From Alphaproteobacteria bacterium (GTDB lineage Bacteria > Pseudomonadota > Alphaproteobacteria > CAAHEQ01 > UBA3637): a stretch of 56,971 nucleotides of DNA. The notes beneath the pieces are model-generated. The model was given only the letters and a program-made list of their open reading frames with translations, searched no databases and was not told where the DNA came from. Where the stretch lies: the NCBI GenBank assembly GCA_017467335.1, contig JAFTSJ010000034.1, positions 1-56,971 of the forward strand. Reading direction: 5' to 3'. Each line of letters starts with the position of its first letter. The first letter of the stretch is position 1. The position numbers and the translations under genes are program-made. Of the stretch, positions 32,478 through 43,664 are shown one piece after another.

Positions 32478-33065
32478 TCAAGAAGACCTTTTTGATGACA
32501 TTTTTTTTCGAAACAGATAAACAGGAACCCCAATTGTCGTTTTATATTGCTTAAATTGTTCCAATTGAGGTAACGTAAATAACTCTGAAATAACCAAACA
32601 ATCATCTTTAATTTCATTGGCTAATTTTTGCCCTACTCGATTTTGGGCACTTTTTAAAATATAACAAAAAATAATATCTGCCGTTTGACAAGGATAATTC
32701 ATAAAATTTTCACATCGCCACTGAATATTTTGCAATCTTTTAGATTTAAAACGAGCAATCAAATACGGTACTTTATCCCACTCTAATCCAATAAAATGGT
32801 GTTGCGGAAATTCTCGAGCCAACGGAATTAACAAGGAGCCTGTTCCACTTCCCATATCGATAATCGTCATCGGCATTGAAGCATTTTGCAACTTTTTTCG
32901 AGCACAAGCCAACATACAATCTTTGGCTTTGCCAACACTCGGAACATAAGGAGCAAATCGACCACACCCGCATTTTAAAAATGAATACAACGCATATATA
33001 ACAAAAAAAAGAGCTGTATAACCAATCAATAAAATCAAAATTAAACAAAATAATTTCATTATCAT
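32478..33065 (-). CDS. Membrane-anchored class I SAM-dependent methyltransferase
   Basis: N-terminal TM, APYVPS, IDMGSGTG, GLEW, ADIIFCYI; start uncertain. Confidence 0.85.
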   Translation of the reverse strand: MIMKLFCLILILLIGYTALFFVIYALYSFLKCGCGRFAPYVPSVGKAKDCMLACARKKLQNASMPMTIIDMGSGTGSLLIPLAREFPQHHFIGLEWDKVPYLIARFKSKRLQNIQWRCENFMNYPCQTADIIFCYILKSAQNRVGQKLANEIKDDCLVISELFTLPQLEQFKQYKTTIGVPVYLFRKKMSSKRSS

Positions 33066-33193
33066 TTCTCTACAAAAACAATGTACCATATCATCTTATT
33101 GTTTTAAAGTCAACTTATTCACAAACAAAAAAAATATCTTGAAAAATATAAAAAAATTTTATATAATATTTATTCATTTTTTAGAGGATTTAT

Positions 33194-33766
33194 ATGACAA
33201 AAAAACATTTATCAACAAAAAAACCAACGATTCAACTCATTCAATCTATTTTTTTAAGTGATTTAAACGGTGTACAAAAAGCAATCGCTTCCGGAGCTTC
33301 TCAACGTATTCAAATAACGTCTAAACCACGTTTATTTTATAGAAATAATACGGAAACAACATATATAACTGTTCAAACAACACCTGTTTTAACTGCTTTG
33401 CGAGAATGGAACATCAAAAAAACAAAAGAAGCAGCAGACATTCTTCGTTTAATGTTAGAATCGGTTTATGCCCCCAGTAAAACATTTATCACCGTTCGCA
33501 TTGACTCCGCATATCGTGAAAATGGTGTCGTAAAAAAAGAAAAAACAGAATATAATTATTCTGTTGCAGATTTTATACGATTTAATCAAAATCGATTACA
33601 AAATAAGCAGGAATATTCTCCTTTCCTGAATGATTACTATACATCTTCACATATTATTATGGATATGCTGATTAACCATATCAGACGAGCAAGACAACAC
33701 TATAATAAAATTACATCTCAAAAAAATAAAACATATCCTCAATCACCTCATCAACATCAAAAATAG
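33194..33766 (+). CDS. Hypothetical protein, possibly with degenerate ankyrin-like elements
   Basis: 190-aa ORF, GAGGA RBS, TTGAAA-17-TATAAT promoter (33139-33167); DLNGVQKAIASGA, TTPVLTA and DILRLML segments. Confidence 0.65.
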   Translation: MTKKHLSTKKPTIQLIQSIFLSDLNGVQKAIASGASQRIQITSKPRLFYRNNTETTYITVQTTPVLTALREWNIKKTKEAADILRLMLESVYAPSKTFITVRIDSAYRENGVVKKEKTEYNYSVADFIRFNQNRLQNKQEYSPFLNDYYTSSHIIMDMLINHIRRARQHYNKITSQKNKTYPQSPHQHQK

Positions 33767-33835
33767 TTGTTTTTTGATTGACAAATTCAATCATTTTGAT
33801 ATGATAATTTCCAGAATCGATAACGGGAGGATTGG

Positions 33836-34810
33836 ATGGTTAAATTAGTTAAAGCAAGTGCGGATTTGTATCAATTAACAGATATTGACATGATTACACG
33901 TCATGTTGAAAAATGTGGTCGAACTTGTTATAAATCAGAATCCAATATTACCCCTCAATCTGCGGATAAATTTATTGCCGGTATTTTAAAGTCAGGTCAT
34001 GAATCCGTTATTGAACATGCCCATTTAATTTTTGAACTCAGTCAAACAAAACAAAATGATGCAGCTCTTTTGAATTGTTTGCAAGTTGTCCAAGGATTAA
34101 ATGTAACACAAAACACACAGCATAATACTTTGATTGTTTCCGGCAACATGCGTACGTTTCGTGATATTTTCAGACGAACGGGAATCATTGACTTTAATTT
34201 AATTTTTCAAGAAAATGAATCTTTGTCTATTTTCGCACAAGAAACAAATAACACATTAACAACTTTTGAAAATTTAAAGTTAATCGACATACAAAATAGT
34301 AAACATGGGGACAAACACAACTATATAACCGCTCATATTGTTTGTGATATTTCATTATATAAAGATATTACCCGCCATCGGTTATGTTCATTTTCAATTG
34401 AATCAACCCGTTATTGCAATTATTCCAAAGACCGTTTTGGTAATGAATTGGTTATGCTTCAACCTGTTAATATAAAAGAAGGAACACCTGAATTTAACCT
34501 TTGGTTTTCTTGTATGAAACAAATAGAACAGAACTATATGGCAATGGCCGCCCTGCCGGATGTAAAAGCAGACCAATTGCGAATGATGTTGCCTCATTCA
34601 ACAAAAGCAGATGTTATCATGACATGCAGTTTTGAAGAATGGAAACATATTTTTTCATTGCGTTGTGCTAAACAAGCTCACCCCTCTGTTCGACAAGGTA
34701 TGCTTCAAGTATTAAATTTATTATATCAAGCTTATCCGGCTTCATTTAAAAATGAATATAATCAATTTAAAGAAGATATTGATTTATTTAAAAAATTAAC
34801 CGAGTCCTAA
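33836..34810 (+). CDS. thyX: Flavin-dependent thymidylate synthase
   Basis: GRTCYKS, GHESVIEH, RHRLCSFSIESTRY, R.MLP, HIFSLRC..AHP. Confidence 0.92.
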   Translation: MVKLVKASADLYQLTDIDMITRHVEKCGRTCYKSESNITPQSADKFIAGILKSGHESVIEHAHLIFELSQTKQNDAALLNCLQVVQGLNVTQNTQHNTLIVSGNMRTFRDIFRRTGIIDFNLIFQENESLSIFAQETNNTLTTFENLKLIDIQNSKHGDKHNYITAHIVCDISLYKDITRHRLCSFSIESTRYCNYSKDRFGNELVMLQPVNIKEGTPEFNLWFSCMKQIEQNYMAMAALPDVKADQLRMMLPHSTKADVIMTCSFEEWKHIFSLRCAKQAHPSVRQGMLQVLNLLYQAYPASFKNEYNQFKEDIDLFKKLTES

Positions 34811-34831
34811 TTTTAAAATATTTTTCTGATA

Positions 34832-35689
34832 TCAATAAAAATCTTGATCTTGTAATTGATTGTTTTGTTTTTCTTTTAATTTTCTTTCACGTTCTTTAGA
34901 TAAAAAACGCCGAAAGGTACGTTGTTTTGTTACTTCAAAATCAGATTGTTCCGATTCTAACGAATCATAGGCATCTAAATAAAAAGAATCATTCATTTGA
35001 TTTTCATAATCAGGAAGCGGATTAAAATTACCATCATACACACTTAATTTACTTGTATCAGAATCTGACGGCTCGGATGATTTTTTGGAACGCTTAAAAT
35101 AACGGCTTTTTTTTTGTTTAATAATATATTGGCAGGCAGCTAGCGTATTTGTTAAATTTTCCCCAACACCTGCTTTATAAAAATCAAAATCCTTATAATT
35201 CGGATATTCCGAAAATATGTTAATTATTTCCGGATGATTATAATAAGTCACAAAATCAAGTAAATATGAATCAAATTCTTCCAAAGTTTCAAAAACACCT
35301 TCGTCATTCAAACTGATAAAAAGTATTTGTTCAAATTTAAGTAAACATAAAGGAAAAAGACGCCGAACACCATGCAAAAATCCCATTTCGAGTAATAATC
35401 GTTCAAACGGATGCTTAGATTTATACTTTTTGGCACAAAATTCTTTTTTTGAATCTGTTACAACCTGGTGAATACGACAACGATGCCCTTCATTAAATTC
35501 CCGAAATGATTTCATAGCCGTAAACATAACTGTTAAAGGTTGACAGTTCGGCATACGTTCTAACCAAACAAGTCCCTTGCGCTTATTCAACGAAATTAAA
35601 ATATATATTGGAGATTTTCGTTTACCTGAAATAATACGGCCATCCAATTTCACCCAATCAACATACACCGTAGAAAGATTAAGGGACAT
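34832..35689 (-). CDS. IS481/rve integrase-core-like protein lacking an N-terminal HTH (possibly domesticated)
   Basis: VYVD...VVTDSKKEF...HPFERLLLEMG..H...KFEQ...FETLEEF...YYNH pattern; no terminal inverted repeats noticed. Confidence 0.6.
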   Translation of the reverse strand: MSLNLSTVYVDWVKLDGRIISGKRKSPIYILISLNKRKGLVWLERMPNCQPLTVMFTAMKSFREFNEGHRCRIHQVVTDSKKEFCAKKYKSKHPFERLLLEMGFLHGVRRLFPLCLLKFEQILFISLNDEGVFETLEEFDSYLLDFVTYYNHPEIINIFSEYPNYKDFDFYKAGVGENLTNTLAACQYIIKQKKSRYFKRSKKSSEPSDSDTSKLSVYDGNFNPLPDYENQMNDSFYLDAYDSLESEQSDFEVTKQRTFRRFLSKERERKLKEKQNNQLQDQDFY

Positions 35690-35706
35690 AAGATAATCCT
35701 ACCCAT

Positions 35707-36063
35707 TTATATATATTCAGATAAATAGATTTTTAATTCTTCTAAATCAGAACAAACTTTGTCAACATCAACACCCAAAGCTGTTTCAGTAGAAACTTTA
35801 TTTAGTGATGTATCTGCATTTTTCGTTTCAGGCATTTTTAAACGTTTTTGAACACCCTTAATCGTAAAACCTTCTTTGTATAAATAATCACGAATACGAG
35901 CTAATAAAACAACATCTTCCGCCTGATAATAACGCCGTCCCATACGTTTTATCGGCTTAATTTGATGAAATTGCGTTTCCCAAAAACGCAAAACGGACGC
36001 TGGAACTTGCAGTAAATCTGCAACTTCCGTAATCGTCCGATAAGCGTTTTCAGCCTTTAACAT
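35707..36063 (-). CDS. MerR-family transcriptional regulator (ihfA-linked)
   Basis: [34 protein letters not shown]. Confidence 0.92.
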   Translation of the reverse strand: MLKAENAYRTITEVADLLQVPASVLRFWETQFHQIKPIKRMGRRYYQAEDVVLLARIRDYLYKEGFTIKGVQKRLKMPETKNADTSLNKVSTETALGVDVDKVCSDLEELKIYLSEYI

Positions 36064-36065
36064 TA

Positions 36066-36353
36066 CTATCCTTTTAAAACATCTTTCAATGTATTTGAGG
36101 CTTTAAATGAAACAACCGTACGTGGTGTAATCGCATGTGTTTCACCCGTTTTCGGATTGCGACCGACACGTTCTCTTTTAGCATGAGGAATAAACGTTGC
36201 AAATTTTGAAATTTTAACTGTTTCTCCTCTTTCAAGTGCTGAAACAATGTTTGATAAAACCTGTTCAATCAATTTAAAGGATTCTGCATGAGAAAATCCA
36301 AGTTCCGTGTAAATCGAATCTGCAATATCTGCTCTGGTTATTGTTTGTGTCAT
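36066..36353 (-). CDS. ihfA: Integration host factor alpha subunit
   Basis: [31 protein letters not shown]; fabH-ihfA-merR synteny. Confidence 0.92.
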   Translation of the reverse strand: MTQTITRADIADSIYTELGFSHAESFKLIEQVLSNIVSALERGETVKISKFATFIPHAKRERVGRNPKTGETHAITPRTVVSFKASNTLKDVLKG

Positions 36354-36421
36354 AGTATTTTCCTCTTTTTTGTCTTCAATAATTATATCTCATATTTTTT
36401 TGTTAACTTCAAGTGTTTTTT

Positions 36422-37390
36422 TTACAATCTTATCAATCCGCCGGCCCATGTAAAACCACCACCCATGGCATCTAATAAAACAAGTTGTCCTTTTTTTAAA
36501 CGACCGCTTTTCACACCTTCATACAATGCCAAAGGAATTGAAGCCGCCGATGTATTACCTTGGCAAGGCAATGTTAGTATAACCCGATCCATATCAAATC
36601 CCAGTTTTTTTGCTGTTCCTTCAATAATACGAACATTAGCCTGATGTGGAACAAGATAGTCAACATCTGATACCGAAATACCGGTTTTAGCTAAAACTTC
36701 TTCTGCAACATCTGACAAATTTTTAACAGCATGACGAAAAACTTCTCGTCCTTCCATCAAAACGTAACCGGCATTTTGTGTACGAGATACACCGCCTGTT
36801 GTTGTCAATAATTGACGATACCGTCCGTCAGAATGAATAATAATATCTAATATACCCATACCAACTTCATCTTCTTCAGGTGTAGAGGCACCATAAATAA
36901 CGGCTCCGGCACCATCACCAAATAAAACACATGTATTTCTATCTGTCCAATCAACAATACGTGATAATGTTTCAGCTCCGATAACCAAAACATGACGCAC
37001 CTGACCGGAACAAATAAATTGATTAGCTATACAAGAGGCATACATAAAACCGGAACAGGCCGCCTGAACATCAAAAGCACAACCTTGTGTCATGCCAATT
37101 GCTTCTTGTACCTTGACAGCGGTTGCCGGCGTTGTATCGTCCGGTGTTGTCGTTGCCAAAATAACCATATCAATATCAGCTCCCGTTAAGCCGGCATTCG
37201 AAAGTGCTTTCTGAGCCGCCTTGATTGCCAATGTTGACGTAAATTCATCCGAAGAAGCGATGTGACGTGTTTCAATACCCGTTCTTTCTCGTATCCAAGA
37301 ATCACTGGTTTCAACCATTTTTTCTAAATCGGCATTTGTTAAAATCTTTTCAGGCAGGTAACCGCCCACACCCCGAACAACAGATCTCAT
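36422..37390 (-). CDS. fabH: 3-oxoacyl-ACP synthase III
   Basis: AACSGF, FGDGAGA, PHQAN, GNTSAASIP, GGGFTW. Confidence 0.96.
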   Translation of the reverse strand: MRSVVRGVGGYLPEKILTNADLEKMVETSDSWIRERTGIETRHIASSDEFTSTLAIKAAQKALSNAGLTGADIDMVILATTTPDDTTPATAVKVQEAIGMTQGCAFDVQAACSGFMYASCIANQFICSGQVRHVLVIGAETLSRIVDWTDRNTCVLFGDGAGAVIYGASTPEEDEVGMGILDIIIHSDGRYRQLLTTTGGVSRTQNAGYVLMEGREVFRHAVKNLSDVAEEVLAKTGISVSDVDYLVPHQANVRIIEGTAKKLGFDMDRVILTLPCQGNTSAASIPLALYEGVKSGRLKKGQLVLLDAMGGGFTWAGGLIRL

Positions 37391-37405
37391 AATACCCCCT
37401 ATTGA

Positions 37406-38452
37406 TTATTGTTCAACTGACATATCCGGAACATCAACATCCATAACATGTTTCAGTTCTTCTTTTATCTTTTCACATAAATTACTTCTTGCCATACGAA
37501 CGGCGGCTTCAACGGCATAAGAAAAAGCAAGGGCATCAGCTCCACCGTGACTTTTGACCGAAATACCTTTCAAGCCTAAAAACATTGCCCCATTATAACG
37601 CCGAGGATCCATTTTTGCTTTTAATTTATTTAATGCTGAACGAGCAATTAAAAAACCAAGAGATGATAAAAAAGAACTTCGAACTGTTTGTTTCAAACTG
37701 GTTGTAATAAACTTTGCCGTACCTTCAATCGTTTTTAATGCAACATTACCCGAAAAACCATCAGCAACAACAATATCGGACTTTCCTAAACAAATATCAT
37801 TGCCTTCAACAAAACCGATAAAATTAACTTTGCCGTTTAACTCTTTTAAAACACTGGCCGCTTCTCTGATTTCATCACGACCTTTTGTTTCTTCGGAACC
37901 AATATTTAACAAGCCGATTGACGGTTGAGTGGATTGAAACAACACCCGATGCAAAACGTGACCCATAATCGAAAATTCAACAAGGTTTTGCGAATTACAT
38001 TCGGCATTTGCGCCCAAGTCAAGCGTTACAACCGGTCCGTTCAAAGTCGGTAAAACACCAGCAATAGCCGGCCGATCAATACCGGATAATGTTCCTAAAC
38101 AGATTTTGCTCATTGCCATTAACGCTCCGGTATTTCCGGCAGAAACAACGGCTTTTGCATAACCGTTACGAACAGACATAATGGCTTTCCACATACTACT
38201 TTCACGTCCGGAGCGAACAGCAACAGACGGTTTCGCATCACCCTTAATCACGTCAGTCGTGTGATGTATTTTATAACGATCATCCGGCAAATGATATTTA
38301 TCCGCCAGTTCCTTTATTTGGGTTTCATCACCGTATAAGAAAAAGAAAACGTCTTTATCTTTTAACGCCACACGGCTGACACCATCAATAACCGATTCAG
38401 GAGCATTATCGCCCCCCATCGTATCAATCGAAATGACTAAGGTATTACTCAA
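37406..38452 (-). CDS. plsX: Phosphate acyltransferase
   Basis: IDTMGGD, SAGNTGA, DLGAN, NIGSEETKG, DGFSGN, KSHG. Confidence 0.96.
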   Translation of the reverse strand: MSNTLVISIDTMGGDNAPESVIDGVSRVALKDKDVFFFLYGDETQIKELADKYHLPDDRYKIHHTTDVIKGDAKPSVAVRSGRESSMWKAIMSVRNGYAKAVVSAGNTGALMAMSKICLGTLSGIDRPAIAGVLPTLNGPVVTLDLGANAECNSQNLVEFSIMGHVLHRVLFQSTQPSIGLLNIGSEETKGRDEIREAASVLKELNGKVNFIGFVEGNDICLGKSDIVVADGFSGNVALKTIEGTAKFITTSLKQTVRSSFLSSLGFLIARSALNKLKAKMDPRRYNGAMFLGLKGISVKSHGGADALAFSYAVEAAVRMARSNLCEKIKEELKHVMDVDVPDMSVEQ

Positions 38453-38463
38453 ACAATTATTCC

Positions 38464-38655
38464 TTATTTGACTTCTTTATCTGCTGAAACAATAATTTCT
38501 TTTTTATTGTATGTACCACATGATTCGCAAACATGATGTGGACGTACTAATTCGCCGCATTTTGGGCATTCATTAACAGCATTTGTGTCTAATGCCAAAT
38601 GTGAACGACGCATATTCTTTTTTGATTTAGATGTTTTTTTCTTAGGTACTGCCAT
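38464..38655 (-). CDS. rpmF: 50S ribosomal protein L32
   Basis: MAVPKKKTSKS..MRRSH, CPKCG..HHVCESCG. Confidence 0.97.
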   Translation of the reverse strand: MAVPKKKTSKSKKNMRRSHLALDTNAVNECPKCGELVRPHHVCESCGTYNKKEIIVSADKEVK

Positions 38656-38787
38656 TTTTAACTCTCTCTTACAAAATTAACGGAACATCAACCATTGATG
38701 TCCTTTTACATAAATAGGACTATTTTATACATAAATTTTATTTGTTTTGCAAGTGTTTTTTTGATATTTCATGAAAAAACAGTCCTT

Positions 38788-41520
38788 TTACTCTTTAAAA
38801 AATTTCTTAACTGCGTGTAAACGTCCCGTAATTGAAGCCGGAATATTCCCTTGCGATGTTGATTTTAAGATATCTTCCAATGAAAATTGCATCGTTTGAG
38901 CATAGGTTGTTTTAATTTGATCCGGCAACATACGCCCTTCAAAATTCAAATAGGCATTTAACAAACCGGAACCTTCCTGCGTTAACAAAATATTGCCTGT
39001 TCGCAATACATATTCATCACTTTTTCTAAATAAAGCACTGCGAATCTGCGGATTGTTACCCGTGTATTTCAGCAAAACATTAGAAGCTCGTATTTCACCA
39101 TTAACAACAGACAAGGTATTATCCTTAACTTCAATCGGCAGACTGACATTGATACGCCCCTCCGCTGTTAATCCGTCAATTTGCCATTGCTTATCCAACA
39201 TGGACACATCAACATCCGTATTTTTCAAATAAACCAATGTACCATTTGAACGATAAGGTATCATCAAGTTATCAACACCGAGAGATACGCCGTTTAATTC
39301 TGTACTCAAACGAGCAATACGCATCATTTGATTGTCTAATTTCAATGTAACAAGCGTATCTCTAAACGGTAAAGAACTGTTAATTTCACCGATATAAATT
39401 TCTTGCGAACCGGCGGTAACAAACGGAACAAGTGATTGAACTGCCAAGACTGTATTCAAGTTATTAACCTGAATATTACCGGCCTTAAACCCGATATTTT
39501 CCATCATTAAATAAAACGGACCGCCGACTTGCTTTTCACTTTTCCAATTTATCTTCCCATAAACAGCTAAGCGACCTTTGGGAGAAGTAGCAAAACCAGG
39601 GAACACATCAGAAATAGACTTCAAATTTTCCTTAACATTCGATAATTCAAACGGAAAAACAACAACACTTCCTTGGAAAGAACCGGAAAGTAAATTTGCT
39701 GTTCCGACATATTGTGCCTTAATCTTATTATCTAATAATCCGACAACCGCTCCCATAACCCCGTTTTCACGACGCATATCCATTGAAAACGGCACTTTCA
39801 TTAAACGATTGTTAACCAAAGAAACTTTTGGTGATTTAAACCGAACAGCCGTATTCGAATCCCAAATATTATCAATCAAAACAGCCGCTTTTTCAAATTG
39901 AACAGCAGGTGAAGCATATGTTGCCTCATCCATTTGTACACGCATATGCGATTCTTGATTTCTCGAACTGATAGCTCCAACTAAATCTAACCCTTTAGAA
40001 CTGATTTCAAGTTTATTGCTATTCCCATTTTTCGTACCGGCATATGAAATATCCGCCATAGCAACATCAAACTGAACACCGTTTCCATCTATTTTAAAAC
40101 TTGTTTTTTTATTCGGTCTCAAAGTAAATGTTGTTCGTTCAGTAGAAACATATGTATTACCATAATGTGTCAAACGACTGTTTTGAACGGAAACAGGGAC
40201 ATTTGCCTTAATTTCGTATGAACAAGTAAAGTCTTTACAGGTTAAATCACCTCTGAATGTTCCGGACGCATTGGCGACACTAAAATCCTGCATATAGAAC
40301 GACTGCATGTTAAAACGAATCGGTTTATTGCTTGTAATATTGGAAAAATGCTTAATATCCAAGCCTTCAAATACCATTTGAACTTCTGTTTTCGTTTCAT
40401 CAGCTTTATCACGAACCTCTTTATTCGTTAACGACAACCCGATTGTACCCCGATACACTTTTTTATTCTTTTTCAAATCAACTTTAACTTTTTTGGTATT
40501 TTTACCATAAGCCATGTCAAATGTACCATTGATGGCTGCAAGTGATGTTTTGTCCGTTTTAATTTTAAATTTTCCGGAAATATTTTCAGGTTGACGATTG
40601 GGAAACGATAACGTACCCGACATAATTTCCAAAGTCCAATCCAAATTATTACCGGTTCCGCCCATCGTTAATAACGCACTGATATTCATATAGTCTTGCT
40701 TAATCGTAATCGGAATACTGACATTCGGTGTTTTTTCATAAACACCGTTAATCGATAATTGAACCGGCAATTTGTATTTTTTACCTTCGATATTAAGAAT
40801 AGCCCCCGGAACAGAAATTGAACCGATTTTATATTCCGCTTTATTTGTCTGATTCAACCGCATTAAAATATCAATCAATTTTCCGGTTTCCAGTTTATCG
40901 CCTTTTTCCTTAATTTTAACAATAGCCCCTTCTAAACTGACAGCCTTTATCCGACCTTTCAGAAAATCAGAAAAATCCGACCGTATCAAAACACGGCGAA
41001 TACTGTAAGACCCATCCTTACTTTTCAAATTTTTCAATTCAATGCGTGACAATGAATATTCATTCATATCCCATGTTGCTTCAATACCGCTTTTCTTTAA
41101 ATAATCAGAAACATATCTTGGATAATTCAAGTATGAATAAATCAAAACAAACAACGATACAATACCGCCGATATAAACAAAAGCAATCAATAAACACCAA
41201 ACCAATTTTAAGGTCGAAAAAATAGCACTATAACGGTGTTGAATTTCAGCCCACTTAATCGTTGCCCGCATCATAAAAATCGTGAACATCTTTGAAAAAG
41301 AAATTTCTTTACGAACTTTTTTCTTTTGATCTTTTTCATTTTTTTTATCTTCAGCAGAAATAATACTCAACAAATCAATTGGTTTTTCATCTTCATCCTG
41401 CCCATTTGACGGGTGAGAGACCATACCGGATTGTGATGAAGTTTGCTGTTTTAAATACGCTTCCAGTTCTTCTTCCATACTCGGTGTTGTGTCATTTTGT
41501 GTTTGTTTTGAATCAACCAT
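38788..41520 (-). CDS. Large membrane-anchored beta-rich protein, possibly YdbH/AsmA-like
   Basis: Charged N-terminal region, one TM, long beta-strand-rich remainder; C-terminal GLTAEGRINVSLPI resembles YdbH-type proteins. Confidence 0.55.
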   Translation of the reverse strand: MVDSKQTQNDTTPSMEEELEAYLKQQTSSQSGMVSHPSNGQDEDEKPIDLLSIISAEDKKNEKDQKKKVRKEISFSKMFTIFMMRATIKWAEIQHRYSAIFSTLKLVWCLLIAFVYIGGIVSLFVLIYSYLNYPRYVSDYLKKSGIEATWDMNEYSLSRIELKNLKSKDGSYSIRRVLIRSDFSDFLKGRIKAVSLEGAIVKIKEKGDKLETGKLIDILMRLNQTNKAEYKIGSISVPGAILNIEGKKYKLPVQLSINGVYEKTPNVSIPITIKQDYMNISALLTMGGTGNNLDWTLEIMSGTLSFPNRQPENISGKFKIKTDKTSLAAINGTFDMAYGKNTKKVKVDLKKNKKVYRGTIGLSLTNKEVRDKADETKTEVQMVFEGLDIKHFSNITSNKPIRFNMQSFYMQDFSVANASGTFRGDLTCKDFTCSYEIKANVPVSVQNSRLTHYGNTYVSTERTTFTLRPNKKTSFKIDGNGVQFDVAMADISYAGTKNGNSNKLEISSKGLDLVGAISSRNQESHMRVQMDEATYASPAVQFEKAAVLIDNIWDSNTAVRFKSPKVSLVNNRLMKVPFSMDMRRENGVMGAVVGLLDNKIKAQYVGTANLLSGSFQGSVVVFPFELSNVKENLKSISDVFPGFATSPKGRLAVYGKINWKSEKQVGGPFYLMMENIGFKAGNIQVNNLNTVLAVQSLVPFVTAGSQEIYIGEINSSLPFRDTLVTLKLDNQMMRIARLSTELNGVSLGVDNLMIPYRSNGTLVYLKNTDVDVSMLDKQWQIDGLTAEGRINVSLPIEVKDNTLSVVNGEIRASNVLLKYTGNNPQIRSALFRKSDEYVLRTGNILLTQEGSGLLNAYLNFEGRMLPDQIKTTYAQTMQFSLEDILKSTSQGNIPASITGRLHAVKKFFKE

Positions 41521-41567
41521 AGTACTCCCCTTATCATATCAATCAGTTAAGCATACTGTTTTTTTTC

Positions 41568-43652
<2,085 letters not shown>

Positions 43653-43664
43653 TTACTTTTCTTT

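Noticed and set aside
34832-35689. Active IS481 insertion sequence
   Set aside because: No HTH domain, no terminal inverted repeats or target duplication seen, and no space for IS ends; kept only as a transposase-derived CDS
38682-38703. Small hairpin upstream of rpmF as an autoregulatory leader
   Set aside because: Only a short stem with no recognisable family; not enough to call
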